DNA from: Dimorphilus gyrociliatus
Taxonomy: Eukaryota > Animalia > Annelida
DNA length: 61,790 nucleotides
Reading direction: 5' to 3'
Assembly: GCA_904063045.1 (NCBI GenBank)
Contig: CAJFCJ010000124.1
Coordinates: 27,233-89,022 of the forward strand
In this document: in pieces, positions 50,675-61,790 of the stretch
How positions within the stretch are numbered: position 1 is the stretch's first letter
How the letters are laid out: the number at the start of each line of letters is the position of its first letter
Notes under the pieces: generated by a model
What the model was told of the DNA's origin: nothing
The model's database searches: none
The model's input: only the letters and a program-made list of their open reading frames with translations
Program-made: the position numbers and the translations under genes

Positions 50675-50755
50675 GCAGTCGTGGCCGAGTGGTTAAGACA
50701 ATAGACTAGAAATCTATTAGGAAATGCCACCACTGGTTTGAATCCTGTCGATAGA
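50675..50755 (+). pseudogene. tRNA-Ser(AGA) pseudogene
   Basis: The 5' half and anticodon arm match the other two copies. The variable arm, T-loop (GGTTTGAATCC) and 3' acceptor strand are degraded. Confidence 0.8.
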
Positions 50756-51013
50756 AACCCTAATTAATAATTGGACAAGGGTTCCATTTTCTAATGTTTC
50801 TCTTAAAGATTCTCTATGATTGATAAAAAGCGTATTGTTAAATATCTATTTTATTTGAATAATTGATTATTGAAATTTCAACGAGGTTTGTTATTAATTT
50901 ACTGTACTCTATCATAAATTATTTCATTTCTTAAAATATTTAGTTTCTTACCGCAAATTCAATATGTGAAGTTGATCATATCGGTAGTGAATTTACAAAG
51001 CTGTAACTAAAAT

Positions 51014-52870
51014 ATGAATATAAACTATCTTCTTTATCTTCAAATCATCAGTAAGTATGGAGGATTAACAAAAAGTCCTCTTCTTTTTCTATTATAAAAA
51101 ATTCAATATTTTTCAGGTATTTTCTCTATTCCATCAAAATCTACAACAAATTTAGCATTACAAAAGCCCACCTATCAAAGTACTACGTATTTTGACGCTA
51201 GACGACCCTATCCAGCCTACATGGCAGTTGACTTGCCCGTGAAATACGGCACAGTGGCTGATCACTATCATTGTTCTATTGCCAATACAGAGTTAACAAG
51301 ATACAGTTGGTGGACGGTAGATCTGGGAGCTATTTATCAAATACACAACATCTCTGTAGTTAACTGTTGCGAAGACACTTGGGGTAAGTTTTATCATTTT
51401 CATTCATTCATTCATGCTTTCTTTCTTGTATGTTCCATTTGCCTTTTTCTTCCTATTCCTTCTAGCTCATCATACAAAAGACTTTAATATTTATGCGGAA
51501 AAGTTCCCGAATCATGAAGATAAGAAGTATTGCTCAAAACATGTTGGACTTTTACCTCCCGGCTGCAATACGAATCAATACGTAAATTATATTTGTGAAC
51601 CAAACGTCACTGGATCGTTTCTTACACTACGCCAATATGTTACTAATAGTATCTTTAGTTTTTGTGACGTTCAAGTGAACGGAGAGTACATAGAAGACAG
51701 AGGTCAGTTTTCATTCATTAGTTAAAATATGATTTACCATTCTTTCAAATAATCTCTCCTTTCTCTCTCTCTCTTTCTCTCTATCTCTCTCTTTGTCGTT
51801 AAAGATTATACTCTTCTGAATTTGGACGGAATGAGTACTTTCACTGAAGGTACTATCAACAATTTAAAAGATAATGATTTAAGTACAATTTTCAATGCCG
51901 AAAGTTCAACGGAAGTGTTTTTCCGTTTGGATTTTAAGCAAACTATGCAGATATTCGGTCTATTAGTGACAAACACAAAAATGGAATGTAAGTAATATTT
52001 CGAAAATCTCTAGTTGCAAGTTAATCCTATGTCCATTCTTCCTCAGATTTGGAAAAGGATTTTATCAATGTCTATGTATCGATAGATCATAATCCTCACA
52101 CGCTTTTCAATGCCAACAATTCGTTTATCTCGTATAATTTCACATCAGAAGCGGAAAGTAATTGGCCTACTCACACCTTTTTCAATGAAACATCTATCGA
52201 AGGAAGATACTTGCTCGTGAATATTCACAATCCATCTATTCAAAAATCCACTTATAAATTAGCGATTTCCGAATTGGCCATCTATGGTAGGATTGTTAAT
52301 GAACAACGATGTAAGCATAGAATAAGATTATTACTCAGTCGTTAGATTAACGATAATAATCCGCCGTTTTTTAATAGATAATAATCGACGCATAACAAGT
52401 ATTAAAAAGAATGGCGTCGAATTGAAGTCGCTGTTGACCGACAACGTCTATCTAAATGACGGAGTTGGAGATAAAGTAGATATGATTGAAGACGATGAGC
52501 TCATCATCGTTTTAAACGAAAAGACACTGATTGATACCATTTGTATAACATGTTGGTAAAATTACAAACAAAACAATTAATCAAACTATTTAGGTAGAGA
52601 AGGAATAAATTGGAATTTTTAATAATTTCAGCCTTGAATACAGTAAAGACGAACGGATACGTGATTAAGACTGATGATCTGAAAGACGGTGTCCCTATTG
52701 AAAGACAAATCATTTTACACGGAGATTTCGAGACATCGCAAACAAACTGCGCAAAATTTGAAACAATATTCATAAACGGTTTAAAGATCATTTCAAAAAG
52801 TTCTCATTCCGTTAGCGAAATTGATTTGGGCGTTGAACAAGGTTTGTTAATCAGTTCTCTAAGATTTTAA
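51014..52870 (+). CDS. Secreted F-type-lectin (FTP)/discoidin-like multidomain protein, copy 1
   Basis: Short hydrophobic exon 1 (MNINYLLYLQII) then NLALQKPTYQSTT..AVD..HCS..SWWTVDLGAIYQIHNISVVN (FTP signature). Two further galactose-binding-like domains follow (LKDNDLST..FRLDF..EGRYL..ISELAIYG; LTDN..ELII..GLKIIS..VSEIDL). 3' end uncertain. Confidence 0.75.
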
Positions 52871-53632
52871 TCGTATTTTGTCTCTTTTTATCATTACTCA
52901 TATACAAATTTCAAATGAACCGTTTTTCGCAAAAAAAAATCCACAATATTAGCCATTTAGAGACACTTTTTACATAAATTGATAGTAAAGTTTTTGCTAA
53001 TGTAGAATGATGTACATTACACGAAAAATCTTTGAAAGGCAGTTGGTGTTTTTCTACTTAATCCTTTGTTGGAGGTTGATACTAATGATAGAATTCATTG
53101 CTGTTGAGCAATATTGAACTGAATATGACTGAATTATGATTGAAATAGAGAAGATTGCTGGTCAATAGGAAAAATAATTACAAAGACTGGTTGTGTAATA
53201 TCAAAAAACTAACGTAGTTAGGGTAAGGACAAATTTCCAACTATATTCTTTGATTGATGTAAGAGAAGAGAGAAAGAGAAAGCGGGAATAGGTAAGAAGT
53301 GATCTAAATGTCAGAATGAAAACTAATCGAATGAACGATGTACAAATGTGATAATTGTCAAGAAAAACCCGAACAACAAAAAGACAAACAAGTACGTTTA
53401 AAAAATTAGATTCAACGATTAATCTCAATATTCAAATTTTCATTTTTCCACTTTATAACATGTTTTCTTCAGACTTAATTATCTTTATTGATATTGATCA
53501 AACTCGCTTAAAAGCCAACAATAAGATTAGTTTGTCATTTCTAAATTGTTTGCGGTTGATGAGTCAAGTTGTCGGATATGGACATGAAATGTATTCTCTT
53601 TCTTCACATATTCTGTAAGAGGTTTGATAAAG

Positions 53633-55648
53633 ATGTGTATCTTTTTACTTGTAACGGAGTTTATCGTAGGCGTCTTCATTATCTCAGTAAGTTCTTCAGT
53701 GAATCTGGCACACGGAAGGCCAGCCTATCAAAGTACTACGTATTTTGACGTTAGACGACCCTATTCAGCCTATATGGCAGTTGACTTGCCAGTGAAATAC
53801 GGCACAGTGGCTGGTCAGTATCATTGCTCTATTGCCGATAAAGAGTTAACAAGATACAGTTGGTGGACGGTAGATCTAGGAGCTATTTATCAAATACACA
53901 ACATCTCTGTAGTCAACTGTTGCGAAAACTCTTGGGGTAAGTTTTATCATTTTCATTGGGGTCGACAGAAAACGTCCACAAATGAGAAATTTCAAGACAA
54001 AAATTTGGATTGAGAAATGGTTGGGCAAAAGAAAACAGCAACTGATTTATACTTAGCAGGGTCTCCTCTAAGGGTTAGGGCTAATGGAAAATGTTAGGTA
54101 CAGATAAGGGCTGGGTTAGGGTTAGGGTAAAAGCACTGATTTGTGGACGTTTTCTGTCGTATCCATTTTCATTCATTCATTCATTCATTCATTCATGCTT
54201 TCTTTCTTGTATGTTCCATTTGCCTTTTTCTTCCTATTCCTTCTAGCTCATACAAGAGATTTTAATATTTATGCGGAAAAGTTCCCGAATCATGAAGATA
54301 AGAAGTATTGCTCAAAACATGTTGGACTTTTACCTCCCGGCTGCAATACGAATCAATACGTAAATTATATTTGTGAACCAAACGTCACTGGATCGTTTCT
54401 TACACTACGCCAATATGTTACTAATAGCATCTTTACTTTTTGTGACGTTCAAGTGAACGGAGAGTACATAGAAGACAGAGGTCAGTTTTCATTCACTAGC
54501 TAAAATATGATTTACCATTCTTTCAAATAATCTCTCCTTTCTCTCTCTCTCTTTCTCTCTATCTCTCTCTTTGTCGTTAAAGATTATACTCTTCTGAATT
54601 TGGACGGAATGAGTACTTTCACTGAAGGTACTATCAACAATTTAAAAGATAATGATTTAAGTACAATTTTCAATGCCGAAAGTTCAACGGAAGTGTTTTT
54701 CCGTTTGGATTTTAAGCAAACTATGCAGATATTCGGTCTATTAGTGACAAACACAAAAATGGAATGTAAGTAATATTTCGAAAATCTCTAGTTGCAAGTT
54801 AATCCTATGTCCATTCTTCCTCAGATTTGGAAAAGGATTTTATCAATGTCTATGTATCGATAGATCATAATCCTCACACGCTTTTCAATGCCAACAATTC
54901 GTTTATCTCGTATAATTTCACATCAGAAGCGGAAAGTAATTGGCCTACTCACACCTTTTTCAATGAAACATCTATCGAAGGAAGATACTTGCTCGTGAAT
55001 ATTCACAATCCATCTATTCAAAAATCCACTTATAAATTAGCGATTTCCGAATTGGCCATCTATGGTAGGATTGTTAATGAGCAACGATGTAAGCATAGAA
55101 TGAGATTATTACTCAGTCGTTAGATTAACGATAATAATCCGCCGTTTTTTAATAGATAATAATCGACGCATAACGAGTATTAAAAAGAATGGCGTCGAAT
55201 TGAAGTCGCTTTTGACCGACAACGTCTATCTAAATGACGGAGTTGGAGATAAAGTAGATATGATTGAAGACGATGAGCTCATCATCGTTTTAAACGAAAA
55301 GACACTGATTGATACCATTTGTATAACATGTTGGTAAAATTACAAACAAAACAATTAATCAAACTATTTAGGTAGAGAAGGAATAAATTGGAATTTTTAA
55401 TAATTTCAGCCTTGAATACAGTAAAGACGAACGGATACGTGATTAAGGCTGGTGATATGAAAGACGGTATCCCTATTGAAAGACAAATAATTTTACACGG
55501 AGATTTCGAGACATCACAAACAAACTGCGCAAAATTTGAAACAATATTCATAAACGGTTTAAAGATCATTTCAAAAAGTTCTCATTCCGTTAGCGAAATT
55601 GATTTGGGCGTTGAACAAGGTTTGTTAAGCAGTTCTCTAAGATTTTAA
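53633..55648 (+). CDS. Secreted F-type-lectin (FTP)/discoidin-like multidomain protein, copy 2
   Basis: Signal MCIFLLVTEFIVGVFIISVSSS contiguous with NLAHGRPAYQSTT. From about 53725 on it is near-identical to copy 1, introns included. Confidence 0.75.
53958..54164. mobile_element. 207-bp MITE with ~20-bp TIRs and a 9-bp TSD (Mutator-like), containing TTAGGG repeats
   Basis: TIR CGACAGAAAACGTCCACAAAT / ATTTGTGGACGTTTTCTGTCG; TSD ATTTTCATT at 53949-53957 and 54165-54173; empty site in the paralogous intron at about 51390. Confidence 0.85.
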
Positions 55649-57025
55649 TTGCTTTTTTTTATCATTAACTCTTATTAAATAATTGAAATATTTATCATAC
55701 ACATTATATCATATAATGAGTAAATGTCTGGTTTGTTAATCGTAACATTTAAAAGAAAGATCATGTTCATTATGATTTTACTGGAAATAGAGAAAGAGCT
55801 AGTCATAGAATTAAAAGAACAAATGAGATATTGATAAACGTAAGAATTGAATTTTTATCCTAATGATAATCGGTAACCTTTAATAGGTAACGACAAACTT
55901 TTGTATGTAAGTGATTATGTAAATATTGAACTGTATATTGAGATAAGTTAAAGATAGAGAATTTTGGTAAATTTTCCAAGAGAAATTGAATTTTTGTTGA
56001 ATGGAAAAGCTATCAAATTGGATTTGATGCTGTTTTCTCGTTTGAAATGGGTAAGTAGCCTTTTTTTCTTAATAGAGATTTGCCCTAATCAAGAAAGAAG
56101 ATGGCAGTAACATTCGCAATGACGTAGCGATAATATTGCCGAGAAGAATAACATGATAGATTGGATAAAGGGGAATAGCGAGCTGTTTGATTTGAATAAT
56201 TCATTTCATTCTTTCATTGATGAGTTTCGAAATGTTTGTTTGAATAAATGATGGAATAATATTAAAATGGTATTTGGTGATAATTTGTCGTACAAAACAT
56301 GCTGGCAAACAATGGAGAAAATGAAAGGTGCGCCATCTGTCTCTAATAAAAAGAAAAACTTTTTTTTAACTGCCGTAAGAAGGTGGAAAGAAAGATTTTT
56401 AACAGAGTATGTGCAATATACATGTATACTGTATATATACTGTATATGTAGTAGTAATAGATTATCGTTAATCCGTTTTAAACTAAACGAGAAGGTAAGT
56501 TTGTTAACAAACTTTTGACCGTTAATTTAATACAAACTAACTGGATTAAGGCCGAATTTTTAAACTATTCCCTAGAAAAGCGTGGGCAGTGTACTTTGGT
56601 TAAGGGTGACGTAAAAAGTTGATACTAATCCTTTTCATATTAGGAAACTAATTAATTAGAATATTAATTAAGATGGTTGCGCAGAAATTAATTTATTCCA
56701 TCACTTAAAGTCATTCCAACTAAACTATTCTTCGTTATCACTTACAAATCTTCATCTTTATCTTCTTCTTCTTCTTCTCCTTCTCCTTCTTCTTCTTCTT
56801 CTACAGGTAAACTTTTCTTTTCGACTAACTTTCAAAAAGAAGGATGACAGGGGAGCGGGGCGGGCTGAACGGGCAGGTAAAATAGTCTGTCAATAGATTA
56901 ACAATTAAGACGGCCAACAATGTGGGATAAATGAACTGTATGATAAAACTCTACTGTGGAAACGATAGAAAAAAAGGTTTGGCTAGGGAATTTGAATCAT
57001 TTACCTTTCAGAACTTGTGAAAAGC

Positions 57026-57909
57026 ATGTCTACTTTTTCAAGGACCTCTTGCCAAATGAAGATCCTATTCTTCGCTCTGATTCCAGTCCAATTGGTCATA
57101 CATTCGATTGCAGTTGGCAGCGTCTACTGGATCCATATTCAGACTCTGGATTTGGATATGGATGGAAACCCTTTGAAGAGTTTCGAGGATAGTGGACTCT
57201 TTCAAATATGCCGGGAGGAGACTGGATTTGAAGGAAGTGGACGAAGTTGCACAGATATTGAGCCTATTCCAGGTATTATTTTTATTCTTATCTCTTATCT
57301 ATCTATCTATCTATCTATCTTTTCTATATATGAGCTGTTTCCTCTTTAGAATGGTTGCACGCCGTTAGAACGTTGATGCTTTCGTCTTTGATTGTCATAA
57401 TGCTAACTGGCGCCGTAGCTCTGGTCGTCAACTGTTCGGCAAGACCAAAGTATCCTCTGAACAAGTACATTCTGACAGTCATCTGCCTGATAACCTGCCT
57501 CCTAACCACGTGTGGTTGGTCGATCTACGTTTTGAAAACTTCTTCGACGATGAGGGACAATCTGACGGCTAGTTTCGGTTTGGCTATTGTTTCCTCTGTA
57601 CTCTCGTTAGTCAATAGTTTTGTTGCGATTACAAGTCCACCGCTGAGTAGGCCTATTACTACTGTAGAAGTCGTTGGAGAAAGGCAATTCTTACCGTTCG
57701 AAGGAGCTTATATAACGGTACCGAGTACTGCCGAATACTCTTTGAGGAACAATAGCCAACAGTCGAATACTGACCCTTTCCTTAGTCCTTCGATTAGTCA
57801 ACAATCCAATTTTGCCGATAGTTTCGAACTTACCTATCAGCCATCATCCAATTCGCTATTCCCACCCCCTCCCTATTCGTCAATTACCACCTCTCACCGC
57901 TTCAAATAG
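57026..57909 (+). CDS. PMP22/EMP/claudin-superfamily tetraspan protein 2 (2 exons)
   Basis: YW..GLFQIC..C signature; phase-1 intron 57273-57349; four TM helices; Ser/Pro-rich tail with PPPY. Confidence 0.8.
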
Positions 57910-58840
57910 AATCCTTCCTCTCCTTTAGTATTTCCCTCTTCCCCTTCCTTTCCCTCTGCCTCTCCTCCCCTCCCTCTTCTCTTTGCCGGAAAAGCGAATT
58001 TAAAAAAACGAAACTAGCCGTCTCTACGAATCCTACAAAGAAAATATTTACAAACAAACAAACAAACAAACAAAAAACAACATCATCGTTCGCATAGCAT
58101 TAAATGAACAACAATTTCGTGTTTGTTTTTCATGCATTTTTTTCTCTCGTTTCAAAACAACATCGTCTGTAACAAAAAAAACAAAAAAAAAATGAAAGAA
58201 GACAAACAACACAACACAACCCTATTTATTCAATGCTATTATGATCTATTTATCTATCTATCTATCTACTATGAATATTTTGTTTAGTTGCTTGCTTTTG
58301 ACAAACAACTGTATGTATATAGTTATTTAAAAAAGATACAAACACTATTCTAATCGTTTGTCATATTTTTAACGCTAATCAATAAATTTTGTGTTACATC
58401 AACAATTTTCAAACAACTAATTTGCCAAACAAACCGGTAAAAAATTAGTTTTTTCTTTTTTCTTTAAAAAAAAAAGTTTGCAATTATTTCATTGGGGAAA
58501 AAAACAAACAACTAGTAGAAATTAGTAATACATTTTTTAATTATCGTCTATACAAAACTTTTGTCTATTTAAGAGAAATCCTACTTGACAAACAATCCTG
58601 TTTAGTTTGTCGTATAAAAATTTTATTCCGCAGTTTGCATAAGATTATACAGGATTAATAATATAAATATAATATTCCTTAATTAATTTTACTTAACTAA
58701 AATAGCTCTACAGATAAACCTATTTAAAAAAAAACTAGTAGAGTTTGTCGCCTTGTTTGTCAAAGATTAAAAATGATATTTGCAAATGTTTATGGGAAAG
58801 AGAGAGAAAGAAAGTCGTGACTGCTGGCTTATAGATAGAT

Positions 58841-58875
<35 letters not shown>

Positions 58876-59069
58876 GAGAAAAGCGGAAATTGATTTATAA
58901 CCAATAAATTTAACAATGGGCGGTAGGTGGTGGACGGTTAACTGATAAGGTAGCTATTCTGGTCTTGAATAGATTCATACACGATTTCTATGTTAAACGC
59001 GATTGCAGCGTCTAGATATCGTTTTAATCAACTCAACCCAAAGACAGAAGAGAAGGTGGACGGAGGAAA

Positions 59070-59795
59070 ATGGTGAAATTCTGCAATAATCCTTATCAGA
59101 TAAAGATACTACTATTTGTACTTTTACCAATTCATATCATTGTGCATTGCGTATCTTTGGGAACAAAGTACTGGATTTATGAAGAGCGTGGAAAGTCTCT
59201 GTTTAACTACAGAACGTTCCAACTGGGTTTATTTAGGCTTTGCTACGAGACATCTAGCATGGAACAGCAGTTCCGAGTGTGCATTGACAATATAGATTCA
59301 GGTTTGTAATATCGATAACTATCTCTCTCTTCCTCTCATTCTAGCCATCTGTCTATCAAATGAATAGGTTGGGTATCGGCGGTGAAAGGTTTGATGATAA
59401 CTTCCCTTTGTACCATTATCCTATCGGCTATTGCGTGTATTGTTGTCTGTGTTGGGGAGAGGTCAAAGTTTTCGAGGAACTCTACTCTTTTGGGCATTCT
59501 CTGCTTTGTGACGGCTGTATTGACGATAATTGCTTGGGCCATCTACGTTGGGAAGACGCCGCAAAAGAGGAGAGGCGCACTGCACGCCAGCTTTGGATTG
59601 GCCGTTTTGTCAACGTTTATCGCAATCATTTCCGGTTTATTGGCGTTTACGGCTCCCATTCCCAAGCCGGTAAATGATACATCTAAGAGAATAAAAATAG
59701 GAGTTATCGAAGCTCCTCCAGCCTATTATCCGGCTGAAGAACAACTACCACCTACCTACGAAAACGTCGTCCAAACCTCAACATCCAACTGCTAA
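59070..59795 (+). CDS. PMP22/EMP/claudin-superfamily tetraspan protein 3 (2 exons)
   Basis: YW..GLFRLC..C signature; phase-1 intron 59302-59367; exon 2 GWVSAVKGLM parallels EWLHAVRTLM of protein 2; PPAY and PPTY tail. Confidence 0.8.
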
Positions 59796-60012
59796 TTCTA
59801 TGATTGAGCAATGACAAAGAAACCATTTGATTTCAAATTAAAAGACCGCAATAATTAAATAAACAAACATATAGACGGACAAACAGACAGAATAGTTGAT
59901 ATGTGTGTTTGTCAAAGTTCAAAATAGTTCTTTTTGTGTCCTGAAAAGTCAACATTCTCTCAATATTTTTCTATATTATAGCATAGGTTCAATAAACTAT
60001 AGGTAAGATTAT

Positions 60013-60043
<31 letters not shown>

Positions 60044-60216
60044 TGTCTAGACAAGTGTTAATTTATGCAAAACTCATAAGAAAGATTTTTTAATTATCCT
60101 CAAACAGCGTTGGTTTAATACGTTTCTAAGTAAATTTTTATTTAGAATAGTTTGTCCTTGCTTATACTATTCACTAGTTTTTCTTCTCTCTCACACACAC
60201 AACACACACACACACA

Positions 60217-60239
<23 letters not shown>

Positions 60240-60256
<17 letters not shown>

Positions 60257-60421
60257 GTTTCTTTGCCTACTTAACACCGACTTTGTCAGTTTTGGTCTTT
60301 GAACAGGCCCAAAGCCTGTTGATTTGTTGATGAGTGGAATAGCCTTTAGAGCGTTAACACTGTTACACAGATGACATTGGCCATCTGTGGGATATTGTGA
60401 AAACTAAAAAGAGGACCAAGC

Positions 60422-60464
<43 letters not shown>

Positions 60465-61790
60465 ACGCAATAAAATTATTTATATGCTTTTGAAAGAGCT
60501 TTTATGATAAGGTCAATAGGTTGCCTTTAAAATGCATTATGGCCCGTAAAAATGTATTGTTATCTGTGTAGGATAGATAAATGTCTATTACATTCTTTTA
60601 CAAATTTTCCAAGAGAATTAACTTGAAGCGACAAGTTAACTAATCTCATTTAATCTCGTTCATTCCCTCTCTCTCTCTTAATAATCACAGATAATTTTTG
60701 TACACTTATCTAATCCCTGTAAATCTTCCTGATTCAATTAAAACTACTCCAAGCATCTTTTCTATAGTATTTATCCCTACTTGACAAACTATCAAAAACA
60801 CACTTTTTCTCCTCTTCGCTATTTCTTAACGTTCGCCTCTTTTTTGATGAAAGAAGCGCCATCTATCGGTTTATTTATTTTAATCACTTATCTATAGTGA
60901 TGAACTATTCTATCTCTCTTCCCCGATGAAGAGAGATTAATTTTCGCAAGACATTGGAATCGAACAAAAAAAATCCCACACACATAAATTTGACAAACAT
61001 CAATTGATTTTAAATAAAAAAACCATATTATAAGGAAATAAGAAAAAAAAAATCCATTCTATTGTTTGTCAAAAAGAGAAAGTACTTTGGAGTATTTATA
61101 TCCTTTTATAAACGAAAAGAAAAAGAACAAATGACAAACTAGCAAACGCTTACACTGGGAATTAATTATATTTAGAAAAAAAGAATGAGTATTTCTGGTG
61201 TTAATAAGCTTAAGAAATGAACAGGAGAAAGACAATACCCCCAGCAGAGACATATATATATATATATATATATACTGTATATATATACTGTATATGCCTT
61301 AGATACATCTAAGGATATATAATAATACAGTATATGGCATTTTAATAATATTTTTCACCTCATTAATATTCATTTAAGCTGCAGTATACTTAATATTCAA
61401 ACTTCCAAAGAAGCGTCTAAAAGACGTTTATTAGAAAAGTCGAATAGAATATAATGTATATAAAGAGTACTGCATTTTACTGTAATTTATAAGCGTAAAC
61501 GATTTTTGAAGTGGGTCTTCTCAAGTCAGGAAAACAAGCTAAACAACAACATATAAACAAACAATTAATAGAGAGACATATTTGAATAATAACCATAGTA
61601 TAAACGTTTCAATAGGAAAGAGAGAACTGATTGATTAATTGAATATCAATAGGAGGATAGAGATGATCTACCCTGGTTCAATTCCATTCTTAGTTCGGCC
61701 ATATGCTCGTTTAGACGAATTCTCTTGTTAAAATAGCTATTTTTATCTGTACTCTTCTCATAATCGGCAAGGGCTTCGTAGCATTTGTCT
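60240..61790 (-). CDS. Multi-exon gene of unknown product entering from beyond the window end
   Basis: Short open minus-strand exons with GT-AG borders: DKCYEALADYEK..ELRMELNQ (61790-61672), ACFPDLRRPTSKIVYAYKL (~61535-61480) and FSQYPTDGQCHLCNSVNALKAIP (~60405-60290). The full chain was not resolved. Confidence 0.4.

Noticed and set aside
35313-50755. CRISPR-like array or prophage/integrative element at the tRNA
   Set aside because: No regularly spaced short repeats with unique spacers, no integrase and no viral genes; the repeats are kb-scale eukaryotic duplications.
52340-52380. Cadherin-like motif INDNNPPFF (also at ~55125)
   Set aside because: It is flanked by stops in that frame, lies in a probable intron, and has no other cadherin motifs.
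55950-56160. Two plus-strand segments that could splice to RILVNFPREIEF..LKW|RFALIKKEDG..*
   Set aside because: No start or link to the upstream lectin gene could be established; may be chance in AT-rich DNA.

Overview
AT-rich animal genomic DNA with short GT-AG introns, (CT/GA)n and (CATT)n microsatellites and TTAGGG-type repeats. It looks like a compact lophotrochozoan genome, possibly an annelid; that placement is inference only. No prokaryotic operons or CRISPR arrays. Layout: (1) 1-30.8 kb holds five tandem + strand GRL101-like receptors (SRCR-like, C-type-lectin-like, LDLa and LRR ectodomain plus rhodopsin-type 7TM). The four with a visible 3' end carry a spliced C-terminal domain that reads as a degenerate protein-kinase C-lobe. 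A decayed MULE transposase lies between receptors 3 and 4, and a single N at 28477 joins receptors 4 and 5. (2) 31.0-32.3 kb is an intronless three-domain rhodanese with the bacterial YnjE-type CGTGWR loop, an HGT candidate. (3) 34-35 kb and 57-60 kb hold three PMP22/claudin-like genes. (4) 35.3-50.8 kb is a tandemly duplicated array of caspase-fold genes of at least three sub-families, none with the His/Cys dyad. They sit as head-to-head pairs, bracketed by tRNA-Ser(AGA) copies and interleaved with Tc1/mariner fragments flanked by telomeric repeats. (5) 51-55.6 kb holds two near-identical secreted F-type-lectin/discoidin-like genes, one with a MITE insertion. All gene models and domain calls were made by eye from motifs and splice sites; no database searches were run.
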